64,000 nucleotides of DNA from the IMG/VR virus record IMGVR_UViG_3300037042_006844, positions 124,001 to 188,000 of that record. The stretch is one strand, 5' to 3'. Numbering within the stretch: position 1 is the first letter of the stretch; each line of letters starts with the position of its first letter. The notes under the pieces are model-generated. The model saw only the letters and a program-made list of their open reading frames with translations, was not told where the DNA came from and made no database searches. This document shows positions 46,163 through 56,514 of the stretch, piece after piece. The translations under genes and the position numbers were made by a program.

Positions 46163-48727
46163 TCAATAATATCTTCCGTCCACAAACGAATTTCCTGCGG
46201 TGCTACCTGGGAAATAACTTGCCCCAGCACCACCACTGTTTATAATTGCAAACGAGTTGGCATTGTATCGTTGTCCAGATGCGGTTCCAACCCATGTAAT
46301 TCCTGGAGCATACACAACGCCAAAAGTATCGGCTGCGCAAAACCATGCTGTGAACGCAAGAGACCCAACTAAAGTAACTGTCCAACCACCATCAGCACTG
46401 ACTGTGGCACTGTTTGAAGCATACCAGTGTCCCAACCCTCCAGCAACAATACTATAACTTCCCCCAAGTCTCACATTTGCTCCGAACAGTGATGCTATAT
46501 GCAAACTTCCAGCGGGAACCGTTCCAAACCGAATGCCCGCCCCAGTCGCAACTGTTGTATATGGTCCTGATGCATAAATACAATGTTGTGTGGTGGATCT
46601 TAATTCCATATTTTGGAACACGAATTTTCCGAACACGTTTGCCGCATATATCGAATTTTTGCCAGCAGCAGGAGAACCAGAGAGAATGACATTTGCGGGA
46701 GTTCCAGAATTTCCATTAAATATTACTCGCCCCGATCCAACAACGTTTGACAGATTTACAGTCTGCGCATATGTTCCATCTGCCAATTGAACCGTTACGT
46801 CGTATATTCCAGTATCAATTGACGAAACTACATCCATTGCTTTCTGCAAAGTTGCAAATGGAGCACCGACTGTCAATCCATTGTTTGAATCGTTGCCAGT
46901 TGTGCTAACATAATATGTTCTTTCCGCCAGCAACACTGTGCGAGTCGTTGCCGATGTTGGTGCTGGAGCATATGATGCTGATACGGCATTTCTAGCCCAA
47001 CTGCTTGTTATTGGATATGTGCTGCCAGTGCGAAGTGTTGATCCTCCACCCCCACCACTGCTTGGTGCCCAACTTGCACTACGAGCTTGTTTTGCATAAC
47101 TTGCTGTGCCAGCAAACAATGATGCGGACACAACCGTCGCCGATATGTTTCCGGCCACATCCAATGCATTAACTGGGTTGCTGACTCCTATACCAACTCT
47201 ACCGTTGGATTGAACAGAGCCAGTTGTTGTGGTGCCAGTATAAATACCCGTTGCGAACAACACATTTCCAATGCTCACTTGTTCTGGTAGAGTATTTTGA
47301 ACTCCCTGACCAATCGCAATGCTGTTGCTGTTACCACCAGTTGACGTAAAATCACCAATCAGTATTGAAGATTTTCCTATCACTGAGTTATCAACGATAT
47401 CAGCGTAACCTGCACTATAACCTATGAAAATACTGTTGTTGGCTTTGGGTGCGTTAACACCACACCAACGACCAATGAAATTGCTGTATGATGCGCTTAC
47501 TGAGTTCTGTCCAGCAGCAAATCCTATGAAATTGCTGTTATTGGCTTCGGTTGCTTCAGAGCCAGCACTGACACCTATAAAATTGCTTTCATATGCATTT
47601 ACAGCCCAGTTGCCCGAACCCATTCCAATAAAATTGCTGCTGTGGGCATTGGTGGCTTGTGATCCAGCACCCGCTCCAAAAAAATTACTGTTTGTGGCAC
47701 TGACGGCGTTGATGCCAGCACTATTTCCCATGAAGTTGGAAAACGAGGCTTCAGCAGCATTGATACCAGCCCAAATTCCAATAAAATTGCTGTTTTCAGC
47801 ATTTGTTGCTGCTTCGCCAGCTTGTGTTCCAATGAAATTGCTGTTGTTGGCGTTTGCTGCTTGATTTCCAGCACCGGCACCAACAAAATTGCTATATACC
47901 GCATATACTGCTTGATTTCCAGCACCATCTCCAACAAAATTGCTATGGTGGGCATATGATGCGCTGAGTCCAGCTTCATAGCCCAACAAATTGGTATTGG
48001 CTGGAGGAGTTTTTGTGTTGACGATATAACCAGTTATCAATACATCCCCTTCAAAACTTGCAGATGTGTTGACTTGCAAGCCCCCAGCTGGCGAAATCGA
48101 GGCTGATACGCTGCCATTGATAATTCTGGTTGGTTCACCGCTACCACCCGGTGCCCAGCTTGCACTTCGAGCGTGGTTTGCATAACTGGATGATGATGCG
48201 TTTGAACTGATATTGATCAGCATTTTTCCAGCCGTTGTGTGTTGGTATAAACAATATCCAACCACAGTTGGCACTGCGTTTCCATCTGGGGGAGTCAATG
48301 AGTATCTACCAGGAGTTGTTCCGCTCAAATACAATAATGACCCAGCCGAATAGCCCGATGTATTGACATCATTGACTTGACCTTGGGCTGTAACGTATCC
48401 TTTGCTTGCACTGAGAATATTTTGAGCAGCTACACCAGCAACGTTGTATTTCTTCGTAACACCATCACTGATTGCTTTGAAACCGATTGGGTATGTTAGC
48501 AAAGACCCCGACAGTGTTATAGCATCACCCGCAGAAATATTTTCGCCAGCATAAATTTGCCCAAGGGTCTCTTGACCAATTTTCAACGTCAATCCAGATT
48601 GATCGTTGTATACGGCGTATGTGTGGTTATCTTTGTCCCAAAACAGCAACCCTTCTTGCCATGCAGGTTTTGTTGCATTGGTAGCCGCTTGGATATACGA
48701 ATTCTGATCTATTTGAAAAATGTGCAT
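46163..48727 (-). CDS. fibre-like virion protein with beta-helix-like C-terminus
   Basis: same repeats; YYVSTTGNDSNNG..PFATLQKA..LADGTY; TATTTAT upstream. Confidence 0.75.
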   Translation of the reverse strand: MHIFQIDQNSYIQAATNATKPAWQEGLLFWDKDNHTYAVYNDQSGLTLKIGQETLGQIYAGENISAGDAITLSGSLLTYPIGFKAISDGVTKKYNVAGVAAQNILSASKGYVTAQGQVNDVNTSGYSAGSLLYLSGTTPGRYSLTPPDGNAVPTVVGYCLYQHTTAGKMLINISSNASSSSYANHARSASWAPGGSGEPTRIINGSVSASISPAGGLQVNTSASFEGDVLITGYIVNTKTPPANTNLLGYEAGLSASYAHHSNFVGDGAGNQAVYAVYSNFVGAGAGNQAANANNSNFIGTQAGEAATNAENSNFIGIWAGINAAEASFSNFMGNSAGINAVSATNSNFFGAGAGSQATNAHSSNFIGMGSGNWAVNAYESNFIGVSAGSEATEANNSNFIGFAAGQNSVSASYSNFIGRWCGVNAPKANNSIFIGYSAGYADIVDNSVIGKSSILIGDFTSTGGNSNSIAIGQGVQNTLPEQVSIGNVLFATGIYTGTTTTGSVQSNGRVGIGVSNPVNALDVAGNISATVVSASLFAGTASYAKQARSASWAPSSGGGGGSTLRTGSTYPITSSWARNAVSASYAPAPTSATTRTVLLAERTYYVSTTGNDSNNGLTVGAPFATLQKAMDVVSSIDTGIYDVTVQLADGTYAQTVNLSNVVGSGRVIFNGNSGTPANVILSGSPAAGKNSIYAANVFGKFVFQNMELRSTTQHCIYASGPYTTVATGAGIRFGTVPAGSLHIASLFGANVRLGGSYSIVAGGLGHWYASNSATVSADGGWTVTLVGSLAFTAWFCAADTFGVVYAPGITWVGTASGQRYNANSFAIINSGGAGASYFPGSTAGNSFVDGRYY

Positions 48728-48824
48728 ACGTTATTTCGTATATAAATAGATGTTGGTTGCGGTGTTGACAACAAATATTTTCGTGGTAAACTGTTGGTAG
48801 TCGTAGATACAACAAAAACAAAAT

Positions 48825-49076
48825 ATGTCACAATTTATTAAATTAACTCGCGTTCTCAGGGGTTCGGACCCAGAGGTTTCTTTTCCCCAATTGTATAATA
48901 TAGATACAATTATAACAATTTTGCCAGAGGACGGAGGGGGATCGAGGGATCAGTGCATTATTGTTACAATTGGGTTTTCTGACGGAGATTTAGTCAAAGA
49001 ATCCTTCAAAACTGTGTGTGACTTGATTGCAATTGTCTCGCCAATGCCCCAACGAAAGTCCCTTGTTAAGGGATAA
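48825..49076 (+). CDS. hypothetical protein (FlbD-like pattern)
   Basis: FIKLT...YNIDTI...VKES...I. Confidence 0.55.
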   Translation: MSQFIKLTRVLRGSDPEVSFPQLYNIDTIITILPEDGGGSRDQCIIVTIGFSDGDLVKESFKTVCDLIAIVSPMPQRKSLVKG

Positions 49077-49099
49077 CGCAAATAGACCAATATTATATT

Positions 49100-49645
49100 A
49101 TGAATGTCCACGATCACCTAAAGCCGTTAACGGTAACGGAGATCAAAACTTATTATCAGTCAAACACGATACCAGCAGCATCAGCCATGATGCACGTAAC
49201 TGGGGATTTCAATCTGTCCACGTTGATTCGTAACAGCAACTTTTTTGGTTATGAGAAGGTATACTATGTGGGCGGTAGCAAGCAGTATGATCGTCGTGGC
49301 ACCGTTGGAACACACAATTACGTCGATGTTAACTTCATCAAGACCGAAGAGGAGTTCGTCAAGGTTATGCGTGAGGATGGTTATAAGATAATTGCAATTG
49401 AAAACAACATAGAGCATCCATCCGACAGTTTTTTTAAGTTTTTCGATGCAATCCAAAACGTTGCTGAATTTGGCAAGCCCATCTTCATTTTTGGCGAAGA
49501 ACAGCGCGGTCTCAGTGATTATATGCTGTATAACAGTGACCACATTTTGTTTATACCAGGTAATGGGACCGTGCGCAGTCTGAACGTGGGGACTGCCAGT
49601 GGCATAGTTTTGTCATATTATTACGCCCGTTATTTTATGAAATAG
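49100..49645 (+). CDS. SpoU/TrmH-family RNA 2'-O-methyltransferase
   Basis: NLSTLIR, FGEEQRGL, IPG.G.VRSLNV. Confidence 0.9.
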   Translation: MNVHDHLKPLTVTEIKTYYQSNTIPAASAMMHVTGDFNLSTLIRNSNFFGYEKVYYVGGSKQYDRRGTVGTHNYVDVNFIKTEEEFVKVMREDGYKIIAIENNIEHPSDSFFKFFDAIQNVAEFGKPIFIFGEEQRGLSDYMLYNSDHILFIPGNGTVRSLNVGTASGIVLSYYYARYFMK

Positions 49646-49707
49646 CTCAGGGGGTGGTGTTGATTTTTATAGTTGACACCCGCCCATCTATGATCTATGA
49701 TCCATTT

Positions 49708-50601
49708 ATGCAGAACACAAACAAAAAATTTGACAAAGACCCGATTGGTTCCAGAATGAAATCTTCTTACGAGGATCGGACTAGATATTGTCTGCCTCGT
49801 AGAACATACACCATTTTGCGTCTCGATGGCAAATCGTTTCATTTTTACACCCAAGACCTCGACAAACCTTTTGATGCGGGTTTTATCGAAGACATGAATC
49901 GAGCCGTTGTCAACACGATTCATGAAATTTCACAAGGTGTTGCTTTTGCCTACGCACAGTCTGACGAAATTTCAATTCTGCTCACCGATTTTGAGAATGA
50001 TCAAACAGATGCTTGGTTTGGTGGCAATATTCAAAAAATGAGTAGTGTTGCTGCCAGCATTATGACTGCTCAATTCAACCGTTTCAGACATATTAGACAT
50101 TACAACCAAGTTCTTGGGACTTTGAATTTGGCAGACCCAACAATTGCTGCGGATGTGAATGCAAAAAATCGACTGTCGCCAATTTGGCTGCCGTATTTTG
50201 ATTGCCGAGCGTTTACCATTCCCGACAGAACCGAAGTTATGAATTATTTTCGGTGGAGGCAGCAGGATTGCATTCGCAACAGTTTGAGCATGGTCGCACA
50301 AAGCATGTTCAGTCACGGCGAATTACAGAATAAAAGCCAAATTGACATGCACGAAATGTTGCACCAAAAAGGTGTGAACTGGGCAACCGATTATACCGCT
50401 GCCCAGAAGAACGGTAGAATTTTTGTGAAAGAAACCAAACCGACTGAACATATGAGCAATGTGATAAGTTGGGAGGCTGATATGGCGAACTACAAAGTGG
50501 TTCCGGTTCCAACGCACATCGTAAAATGGCAAGCCAATGAAGCTTGGGTCTTTAGCAAAGACGAAGGCAAACTGCTTGACATGATTCCTAAATATGCATA
50601 A
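49708..50601 (+). CDS. thg1: tRNA(His) guanylyltransferase Thg1-like
   Basis: RLDGKSFH, YAQSDEIS, FDCR, WRQQDC.RNS. Confidence 0.92.
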   Translation: MQNTNKKFDKDPIGSRMKSSYEDRTRYCLPRRTYTILRLDGKSFHFYTQDLDKPFDAGFIEDMNRAVVNTIHEISQGVAFAYAQSDEISILLTDFENDQTDAWFGGNIQKMSSVAASIMTAQFNRFRHIRHYNQVLGTLNLADPTIAADVNAKNRLSPIWLPYFDCRAFTIPDRTEVMNYFRWRQQDCIRNSLSMVAQSMFSHGELQNKSQIDMHEMLHQKGVNWATDYTAAQKNGRIFVKETKPTEHMSNVISWEADMANYKVVPVPTHIVKWQANEAWVFSKDEGKLLDMIPKYA

Positions 50602-51001
50602 CAGTGACCATCACAAAATCAACAGACGGACGATCACAAAATGCCGAGTCTACGACGAAAAATATCGTTGTTGGGACACATCTCCATTGATGATTTATCC
50701 GGGGGAGCCAATCGTCAAACAAGGAAGAATCATTCAATGGTGGACGGGATTGATTGATATTAACAAGAAGGAGATTTACGAAGGCGACATCGTTCGTAAA
50801 TTGATGTCGCGGTCGCTGTGGGATGTTCCAGAATATGATCGCGGAGTGATTACGTGGGTAAGGGAATCATTTTGCATTAACCAGAAAAACATTGGCAGCA
50901 CAAACATATCGGAATACGTTTCCTGTGATTGTTGCTCTACTGATTTGAATGTGATCGGAAACATTTTCGATAACCCAGAACTACTATTGGACACCGTATG
51001 A
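50594..51001 (+). CDS. YopX family protein
   Basis: QWWTGLID..KKEIYEGDIV, VIGNIFDNPELL. Confidence 0.85.
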   Translation: MHNSDHHKINRRTITKCRVYDEKYRCWDTSPLMIYPGEPIVKQGRIIQWWTGLIDINKKEIYEGDIVRKLMSRSLWDVPEYDRGVITWVRESFCINQKNIGSTNISEYVSCDCCSTDLNVIGNIFDNPELLLDTV

Positions 51002-51198
51002 ACGATAAAAAGCGAACACATCATTATTTGAAATTGGAACTCTCCAAAGAGTTGAGTGAGAACGATATCGATTACATCCAACATATGTTGGAGCGAGTAT
51101 TGCATGATTCATTCATCGACCGCACGGAACACCAACTCGGAAAAAAGTTTGAAATTAAACTAACAAAAATAACATATACATCCAGCACGGGAATCTAA
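50998..51198 (+). CDS. hypothetical protein
   Basis: ATGA-coupled ORF. Confidence 0.5.
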   Translation: MNDKKRTHHYLKLELSKELSENDIDYIQHMLERVLHDSFIDRTEHQLGKKFEIKLTKITYTSSTGI

Positions 51199-51203
51199 AA
51201 AAT

Positions 51204-51767
51204 ATGGCTATACAAATACCATCACCAAAAGACCGCAATCTGATGTTCGCCGCGAACGTCAATAATACCAGCATTGCTGAACTAACCAAAGCATTGATAG
51301 ATATCAGCAACGACGACATTTATATCGGAAAGCTCTATGCCCTTCATGGACTGGCATACACACCACAACCCATCAAAATTCACATCGATAGTTATGGCGG
51401 TCAAGTATATCAATGCCTTGGACTATTGAGCATAATGAAAAATTGCGCAACGCCGATTCACACAATCGTTACTGGCTGCGCCATGAGTTGTGGATTTATG
51501 ATCAGTATCAGTGGCCACAAACGGTTTGGACACAAACACTCCACGTTTATGTATCATCAAATCAGCAGTCTCCAAGGCGGCAAACTCAAAGATTTGGAGG
51601 AAGATATTATTGAGGCAAAACGGTTGCAGCACATCATTGAACAGCACACGATGGAGCAAACCAAAATTTCTCAGATCAGACTGACCGAGAGCTATGAAAA
51701 GAAAGAAGATTGGTATATGAATGCCAAACAAGCACTCAAATTGGGAGTGATTGACGACATTCTATGA
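51204..51767 (+). CDS. clpP: ClpP-like protease subunit
   Basis: IDSYGG, G.AMSCG, MYHQ, DWYM.A.QA..LG.ID. Confidence 0.88.
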   Translation: MAIQIPSPKDRNLMFAANVNNTSIAELTKALIDISNDDIYIGKLYALHGLAYTPQPIKIHIDSYGGQVYQCLGLLSIMKNCATPIHTIVTGCAMSCGFMISISGHKRFGHKHSTFMYHQISSLQGGKLKDLEEDIIEAKRLQHIIEQHTMEQTKISQIRLTESYEKKEDWYMNAKQALKLGVIDDIL

Positions 51768-51929
51768 GACGGGAGCTACGCAAAGATATGTTTAATTGGT
51801 TGACATTGGAGTTTGGTCTTGAAAGAATACTATTAATAGTGATTACATCTTGCTTCGTTTTCGTTCCTTTGGGGATTTGGAAAATGATAGAGATCATAAT
51901 CTGGCTATGGCACCACCACAACATTCACC

Positions 51930-52175
51930 TCACCGTCGGCTAAACACAGATGACCAAGCATTATTGCTACCTACATAATACTTACCATTAATTTTGTTCA
52001 CTATTTTGTATATTCCGCTTATTTTCCCAGTATCGTCGCATGGATTTTTCGTTAAGCAGTTGTTTGTGTTTTTGATAATATCGTTTGCCTCTGTTGCGTT
52101 GTTGTTCAAGCAACTCTTCTCTGGTTCTATTGAGTTTTTTTCTTCCCATAATATTTTTTCGTTTGTTGTTGACAT
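51930..52175 (-). pseudogene. truncated GIY-YIG homing endonuclease
   Basis: SGIYKIVNKINGKYYVGS followed by early stop. Confidence 0.7.
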
Positions 52176-52235
52176 AGTGTGATGTAGCCTCTATACTATA
52201 AGTAGAATGTTGGAGAATAAAACGTCAAAGAATTT

Positions 52236-52481
52236 ATGTCTTGGTTTGTATATTTAGTGATAACTTCAAAAAACACATTGTATTGCGGTTATACTATCAA
52301 CATTGAGAAACGTGTTGCCACGCACAATGCTGGTCGTGGTGCTAAATACACACAAAAGCGATTGCCTGTGAAACTGGTTTATTCAGAAGAATTCGCAACT
52401 AAAACCGAAGCGATGCAACGTGAATATGCCATTAAACAGATGAGTCGCAGTGAAAAATTGAAATTGATAAAAAACACATGA
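52236..52481 (+). CDS. GIY-YIG nuclease (UPF0213-like)
   Basis: FVY..LYCGYT..R...HN.G.GAKYT, A..RE..IK. Confidence 0.9.
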   Translation: MSWFVYLVITSKNTLYCGYTINIEKRVATHNAGRGAKYTQKRLPVKLVYSEEFATKTEAMQREYAIKQMSRSEKLKLIKNT

Positions 52482-52837
52482 ACCGATTTTTGTGCAGATG
52501 TAAAAATCTGGCAACGTGGCAATATATGCCATCTTCGAGCAATCCAGATTACGACTATTTTTGCGAGCTTTGCGTTCCCCGTGGATGCAGTTGCAACAAC
52601 CATCACATTGAGGATGGTGATAACATTGCCGAGGGAGATGTTTTTGAGCATCCAGAAGAAGATGGAAGCTGGAAATGGCTGATCGAAAATGTTGAATGGT
52701 GCTACATAGATTCACAAGGTAGAGAACTGCCTTGCATCGAATTCTGGCATGAACCGGAAGGGTTCGATGCCAATGAAGAAACCATCGAACATTACAAAAA
52801 GCACAATATCAAATACTTCACAACAGACGAAGAATAA
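52478..52837 (+). CDS. Cys-rich hypothetical phage protein
   Basis: C.C...A.W.YMP, FC..CVPRGCSCN, D..GR..PC. Confidence 0.65.
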   Translation: MNRFLCRCKNLATWQYMPSSSNPDYDYFCELCVPRGCSCNNHHIEDGDNIAEGDVFEHPEEDGSWKWLIENVEWCYIDSQGRELPCIEFWHEPEGFDANEETIEHYKKHNIKYFTTDEE

Positions 52838-52843
52838 TAATCT

Positions 52844-53449
52844 ATGCATACATCAACACAAAAATTGATTAGATGGAGTGAGGAATTGGGAGTTGATCAA
52901 CTAGCCAAAGTTGTGCTGGAATCTCCCAGATTCGACATTTGGAGTGGTAGCAGCAAACCAACGCAGCATCACTATGGCAAACATGGTTTGACCATTCATA
53001 CACACGAAGTGGTCAACCTTTGTATGGAAATTCCACATACATTATGCGTTCAAGTCAACACAATCGAACTGTTTTTGTCTGCGGTGTTTCACGATTGCGG
53101 TAAAATGTTTGATTATAAACCAGCACGGGGAGATTTTGCTGGATCTATTGATTACAATAATTGGGTCGGAACTGATCACAAACGGCTGATTCATCATGTT
53201 AGTCGATCAGCATTGATTTGGCAGACTGCATGGGACAATGCTGTATCAAACAACATTTGTGACCGAGACCCAGAATTGGTGGATCGTGTATTGCACAACA
53301 TATTGTCGCATCATGGTCAGCGTCAGTGGGGTAGTCCAGTGATGCCAAAAACCAAAGAAGCATGGCTTTTGCATTTGTGTGACGGCATCAGTGCTCGTAT
53401 GAACGATGCCGATAAATGGGATTTTGTTGCAGATACACCGAAACTATAG
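52844..53449 (+). CDS. HD-domain hydrolase (YhaM-like)
   Basis: HH..GL..HT, HDCGK, H, SHHG...WGSP..P, H..D. Confidence 0.88.
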   Translation: MHTSTQKLIRWSEELGVDQLAKVVLESPRFDIWSGSSKPTQHHYGKHGLTIHTHEVVNLCMEIPHTLCVQVNTIELFLSAVFHDCGKMFDYKPARGDFAGSIDYNNWVGTDHKRLIHHVSRSALIWQTAWDNAVSNNICDRDPELVDRVLHNILSHHGQRQWGSPVMPKTKEAWLLHLCDGISARMNDADKWDFVADTPKL

Positions 53450-53472
53450 AATGTTTTGCCATATTTATAATC

Positions 53473-54639
53473 ATGGCAAATACAAACTATACTGATTTAC
53501 TCTTCAAAGACAATTTTATTTCTTGGATCAACGCTATCGCTTCAAACGATAGCGATGCAACCATTAAAACGGCTGCAAAAGAAATTTCCACCAACGTATC
53601 CACAGACACAGCGGTTGCTCCAAAACCATACTACAATGCGCTGTATAACAAATATCAATTCAAAATTCTATCGACCAAAATAAATGGGGCGATTGGATCA
53701 GCACTGTATTCGTTCGTTGGGCAAAAACAAAAGCTGATCGGCACAATTCAAAAAAATCCCGTTGTCAAAACGGTGACTCCTCCAACCCCAGTTCCTCCCG
53801 CACCCACTCCCACACCAGAAACAGTCTATACGTTTGGTGTGTTAGGCGACAGTGGTATGAGCGGGTTGTTGGAATACACAGAAGCAGTGGCTACACAAAT
53901 TCAAAGCTACAATCCACAATGGGTTGTTCATGTTGGGGATTGCAATTACAGCAGCCCGGGATTGTTGTGGAACAATTTTTTGCAATATTGGCAACACGAT
54001 TCTTTCTACGCCAGACACATGTATATAGCGTTTGGTAATCACGATCTGGATGTCGATTACGGAGGGGCGATATTGACTGCTTTAGAATACACCACTGCTG
54101 CCGCGATTGGTCCTGAGAAACAAGATACGCATCTTCTGTGCTATGATTTTGTGCGTGGACCCGTTCATTTTTTCGTATTTAACACAGGCAACACAGCTTC
54201 TGGCGATCAAATGGATGAAGAAATTGACCCAAACATTCAACTGCAAGCTCAGATTGATGAACTTGAGCCATTGATGTTGGCATCCACATCTCCTTGGAAA
54301 GTGGTTGTGTGTCATAAACCTCCCTATACAAGTGAACAGGTGCATAGAGAGGGCGCAGCACCCATGCGCCTCGACTATGCTGCACTGGGAATTGATATAG
54401 TTCTCAGCGGTCACAGCCACGACTACGAGGTATACACCAACGGAGGCATTCAATATTTTGTTCAAGGTTTGGGCGGAGCATCAAGACGTTGCGTGACCGA
54501 ACCATTGGTTGAAGGTTATGTTACGGATTTCTGCCAAAATTGGGGTTATTCAATCTGTAATGTTACTTCAAAACACTTCACAATTGCCACGTTCGACATT
54601 GCTGGATACACCATCGACGTTCGCTCGTTCAGCAAATAA
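53473..54639 (+). CDS. purple-acid-phosphatase-like metallophosphoesterase with N-terminal extension
   Basis: GDSG, GDCNY, GNHD, HKPPY, GHSHDY; Pro linker; TATTTAT upstream. Confidence 0.85.
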   Translation: MANTNYTDLLFKDNFISWINAIASNDSDATIKTAAKEISTNVSTDTAVAPKPYYNALYNKYQFKILSTKINGAIGSALYSFVGQKQKLIGTIQKNPVVKTVTPPTPVPPAPTPTPETVYTFGVLGDSGMSGLLEYTEAVATQIQSYNPQWVVHVGDCNYSSPGLLWNNFLQYWQHDSFYARHMYIAFGNHDLDVDYGGAILTALEYTTAAAIGPEKQDTHLLCYDFVRGPVHFFVFNTGNTASGDQMDEEIDPNIQLQAQIDELEPLMLASTSPWKVVVCHKPPYTSEQVHREGAAPMRLDYAALGIDIVLSGHSHDYEVYTNGGIQYFVQGLGGASRRCVTEPLVEGYVTDFCQNWGYSICNVTSKHFTIATFDIAGYTIDVRSFSK

Positions 54640-54656
54640 CACCAATATAACAAACG

Positions 54657-54692
54657 AAAAACCGTCAGACGTATATGCACATCTGACGGTTT
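54657..54692. terminator. bidirectional terminator
   Basis: aaaaccgtcaga...tctgacggtttt. Confidence 0.7.
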
Positions 54693-54715
54693 TGTTTTTT
54701 TAGGGTTTGTGTTCT

Positions 54716-54931
54716 CTACTTAAACGGAACAGTCCATTTAGGTTTGTTGTTGGCATCTTTGTTTGCGTCTGCCACTTTGTTGATAAACTGATCAACTTTT
54801 TGTTGACGCTGCGTTGCACGCCGATCCGCAATCTTTTTTGCTTCTTCGGCTTGCGCAACTGTCATACTTGGATTATTGGTGATGAGACCGCCAATTGGTT
54901 TGAGACTTACGATTCCTCCTGCTACGAACAT
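54716..54931 (-). CDS. hypothetical protein
   Basis: TATTTAT and AAGGA upstream. Confidence 0.5.
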   Translation of the reverse strand: MFVAGGIVSLKPIGGLITNNPSMTVAQAEEAKKIADRRATQRQQKVDQFINKVADANKDANNKPKWTVPFK

Positions 54932-54969
54932 AATAGTGTATTCCTTTCGTTATATACTAATAAATAGTC

Positions 54970-55185
54970 TTATGGAATGTTTGCCAGTGCATTTTTTGCA
55001 ATATTGTGGTTTGCATCCATTTGCTGTTCAATTTTAGAATACAGCCGGTCCCTATAATATCCGCTACGATAGTGTTCCAAATTGAAAACCCGCATATCTT
55101 CATCACACATACATCGCATGTGAATATAGCTATATGTTATTTTGGTGGGCGTATTACAGCACACACATCGAATGTCATTGTTCAT
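54970..55185 (-). CDS. hypothetical Cys-rich protein
   Basis: CVCC...CMC. Confidence 0.45.
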   Translation of the reverse strand: MNNDIRCVCCNTPTKITYSYIHMRCMCDEDMRVFNLEHYRSGYYRDRLYSKIEQQMDANHNIAKNALANIP

Positions 55186-55274
55186 GTATATCTAAAATAT
55201 CACACACTTATCAAAAAACAAGGGTTGTCACAATAATGTAACAACCCTTGTTGCGATAATTTGTATGGATATTC

Positions 55275-56012
55275 CTATTTAATATCACCAATCCAATGAA
55301 CCGTTACCATGTCGGTTGCATCATCATGGATACCATAATAATTGCAATGACTTACATCCAAGCAAAGGTTTTGTGTATAGCTTTTGGCAGTGGGCCTGCC
55401 ATTATACAACCATACTGGTTTTCTTTGCGGCGTATGCCCAAAAACTTGGTTAATTCCCATAATTGGTCTGAACTCGCTAGAATCGCACCAAATGATTCCA
55501 CCGAAAGGATGGTCGCCACCACGGCTATATCCAGCACACAGAATTTCCTCTCGCACACCACCTCCAAATGCTACTTTCAATGCTTTGTCGCAAGTTGATC
55601 GTAACTGCTCTTTAAGGTCGAATTCCCGACGATAGAAATGCTCATGGAATCCAGCATGAGTGCAAAGCCAACTGCCAACCCAAGTATGCAATGGTAGCTT
55701 TTCCCAATCGTTTTCAGTCATGATGGCATTAATAGCAAACTCTTTTGCTTGTTCATAGCCACTGCATTTGTATGCACGGTGTGGCACGGCATAATGAATG
55801 TCGTGGTTGCCCATCAGATGAATTCGATTTGGTTGCTTCAGAGAATTCACCAACCAATCTGCGGTTTCGGCAGCATCGGCGGGGGTATCACCGAAGTCAT
55901 CAAAATAGTCACCGAGAAAGACAACTGCATCAGCAGCCTCATGCTTGATTATTTTGTCAGCTTTTTCCCATTTCAAGTGAATATCTGGGATAATTAATGT
56001 TCGTTTACTCAT
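55275..56012 (-). CDS. calcineurin-like metallophosphoesterase (in-frame extension to 56171)
   Basis: PDIH, LGDYFD, GNHD, THAG, GHTP. Confidence 0.88.
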   Translation of the reverse strand: MSKRTLIIPDIHLKWEKADKIIKHEAADAVVFLGDYFDDFGDTPADAAETADWLVNSLKQPNRIHLMGNHDIHYAVPHRAYKCSGYEQAKEFAINAIMTENDWEKLPLHTWVGSWLCTHAGFHEHFYRREFDLKEQLRSTCDKALKVAFGGGVREEILCAGYSRGGDHPFGGIIWCDSSEFRPIMGINQVFGHTPQRKPVWLYNGRPTAKSYTQNLCLDVSHCNYYGIHDDATDMVTVHWIGDIK

Positions 56013-56109
56013 CTTATAATGATAACACGGAACTTCCACGATGTCAACATCTGGCTCAGTATTTTTTGGCTTTTTTGGGCGACCCCAATCAATGCCGTCG
56101 TAGTTTTTG

Positions 56110-56505
56110 TTATACTGACTTTTCTTCACTGGACGGGGTTTGTCCCCCTTGCCCGCTTGTTTGTTGCTCATAAAGTTGCTGGTATCCGTCTTCAATGGCT
56201 GTAAAAAACTGTCCTTTGCGATACATTTCAAAAGCTATTGCCGTATCGCTTTTGAGAAATTTCGGGTCGTTCGGAGGCCTGATCCAGAATCCTCCGTCAG
56301 CTTCCTTTTCATATACCACAAAAATGACATTGAATAGTCGTTCTTCCAATGCATCATATAGTTCTTTGATAGGATTGTCAATATAGAAAATGTCTTTTTC
56401 GCTCCAGTGTCCATCTATGCGAGGACACACGCACATTCTATACTCACCTTCGATCAATACTTTGAATACAAAGGCATTCGGTTTTTTATTATTATTTTCG
56501 CTCAT
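56110..56505 (-). CDS. hypothetical protein
   Basis: ORF in operon. Confidence 0.55.
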   Translation of the reverse strand: MSENNNKKPNAFVFKVLIEGEYRMCVCPRIDGHWSEKDIFYIDNPIKELYDALEERLFNVIFVVYEKEADGGFWIRPPNDPKFLKSDTAIAFEMYRKGQFFTAIEDGYQQLYEQQTSGQGGQTPSSEEKSV

Positions 56506-56514
56506 ATATTGTTA

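Noticed and set aside
43804-48727. Diversity-generating retroelement target
   Set aside because: No reverse transcriptase or adenine-specific TR/VR pair seen; the repeats are protein-level
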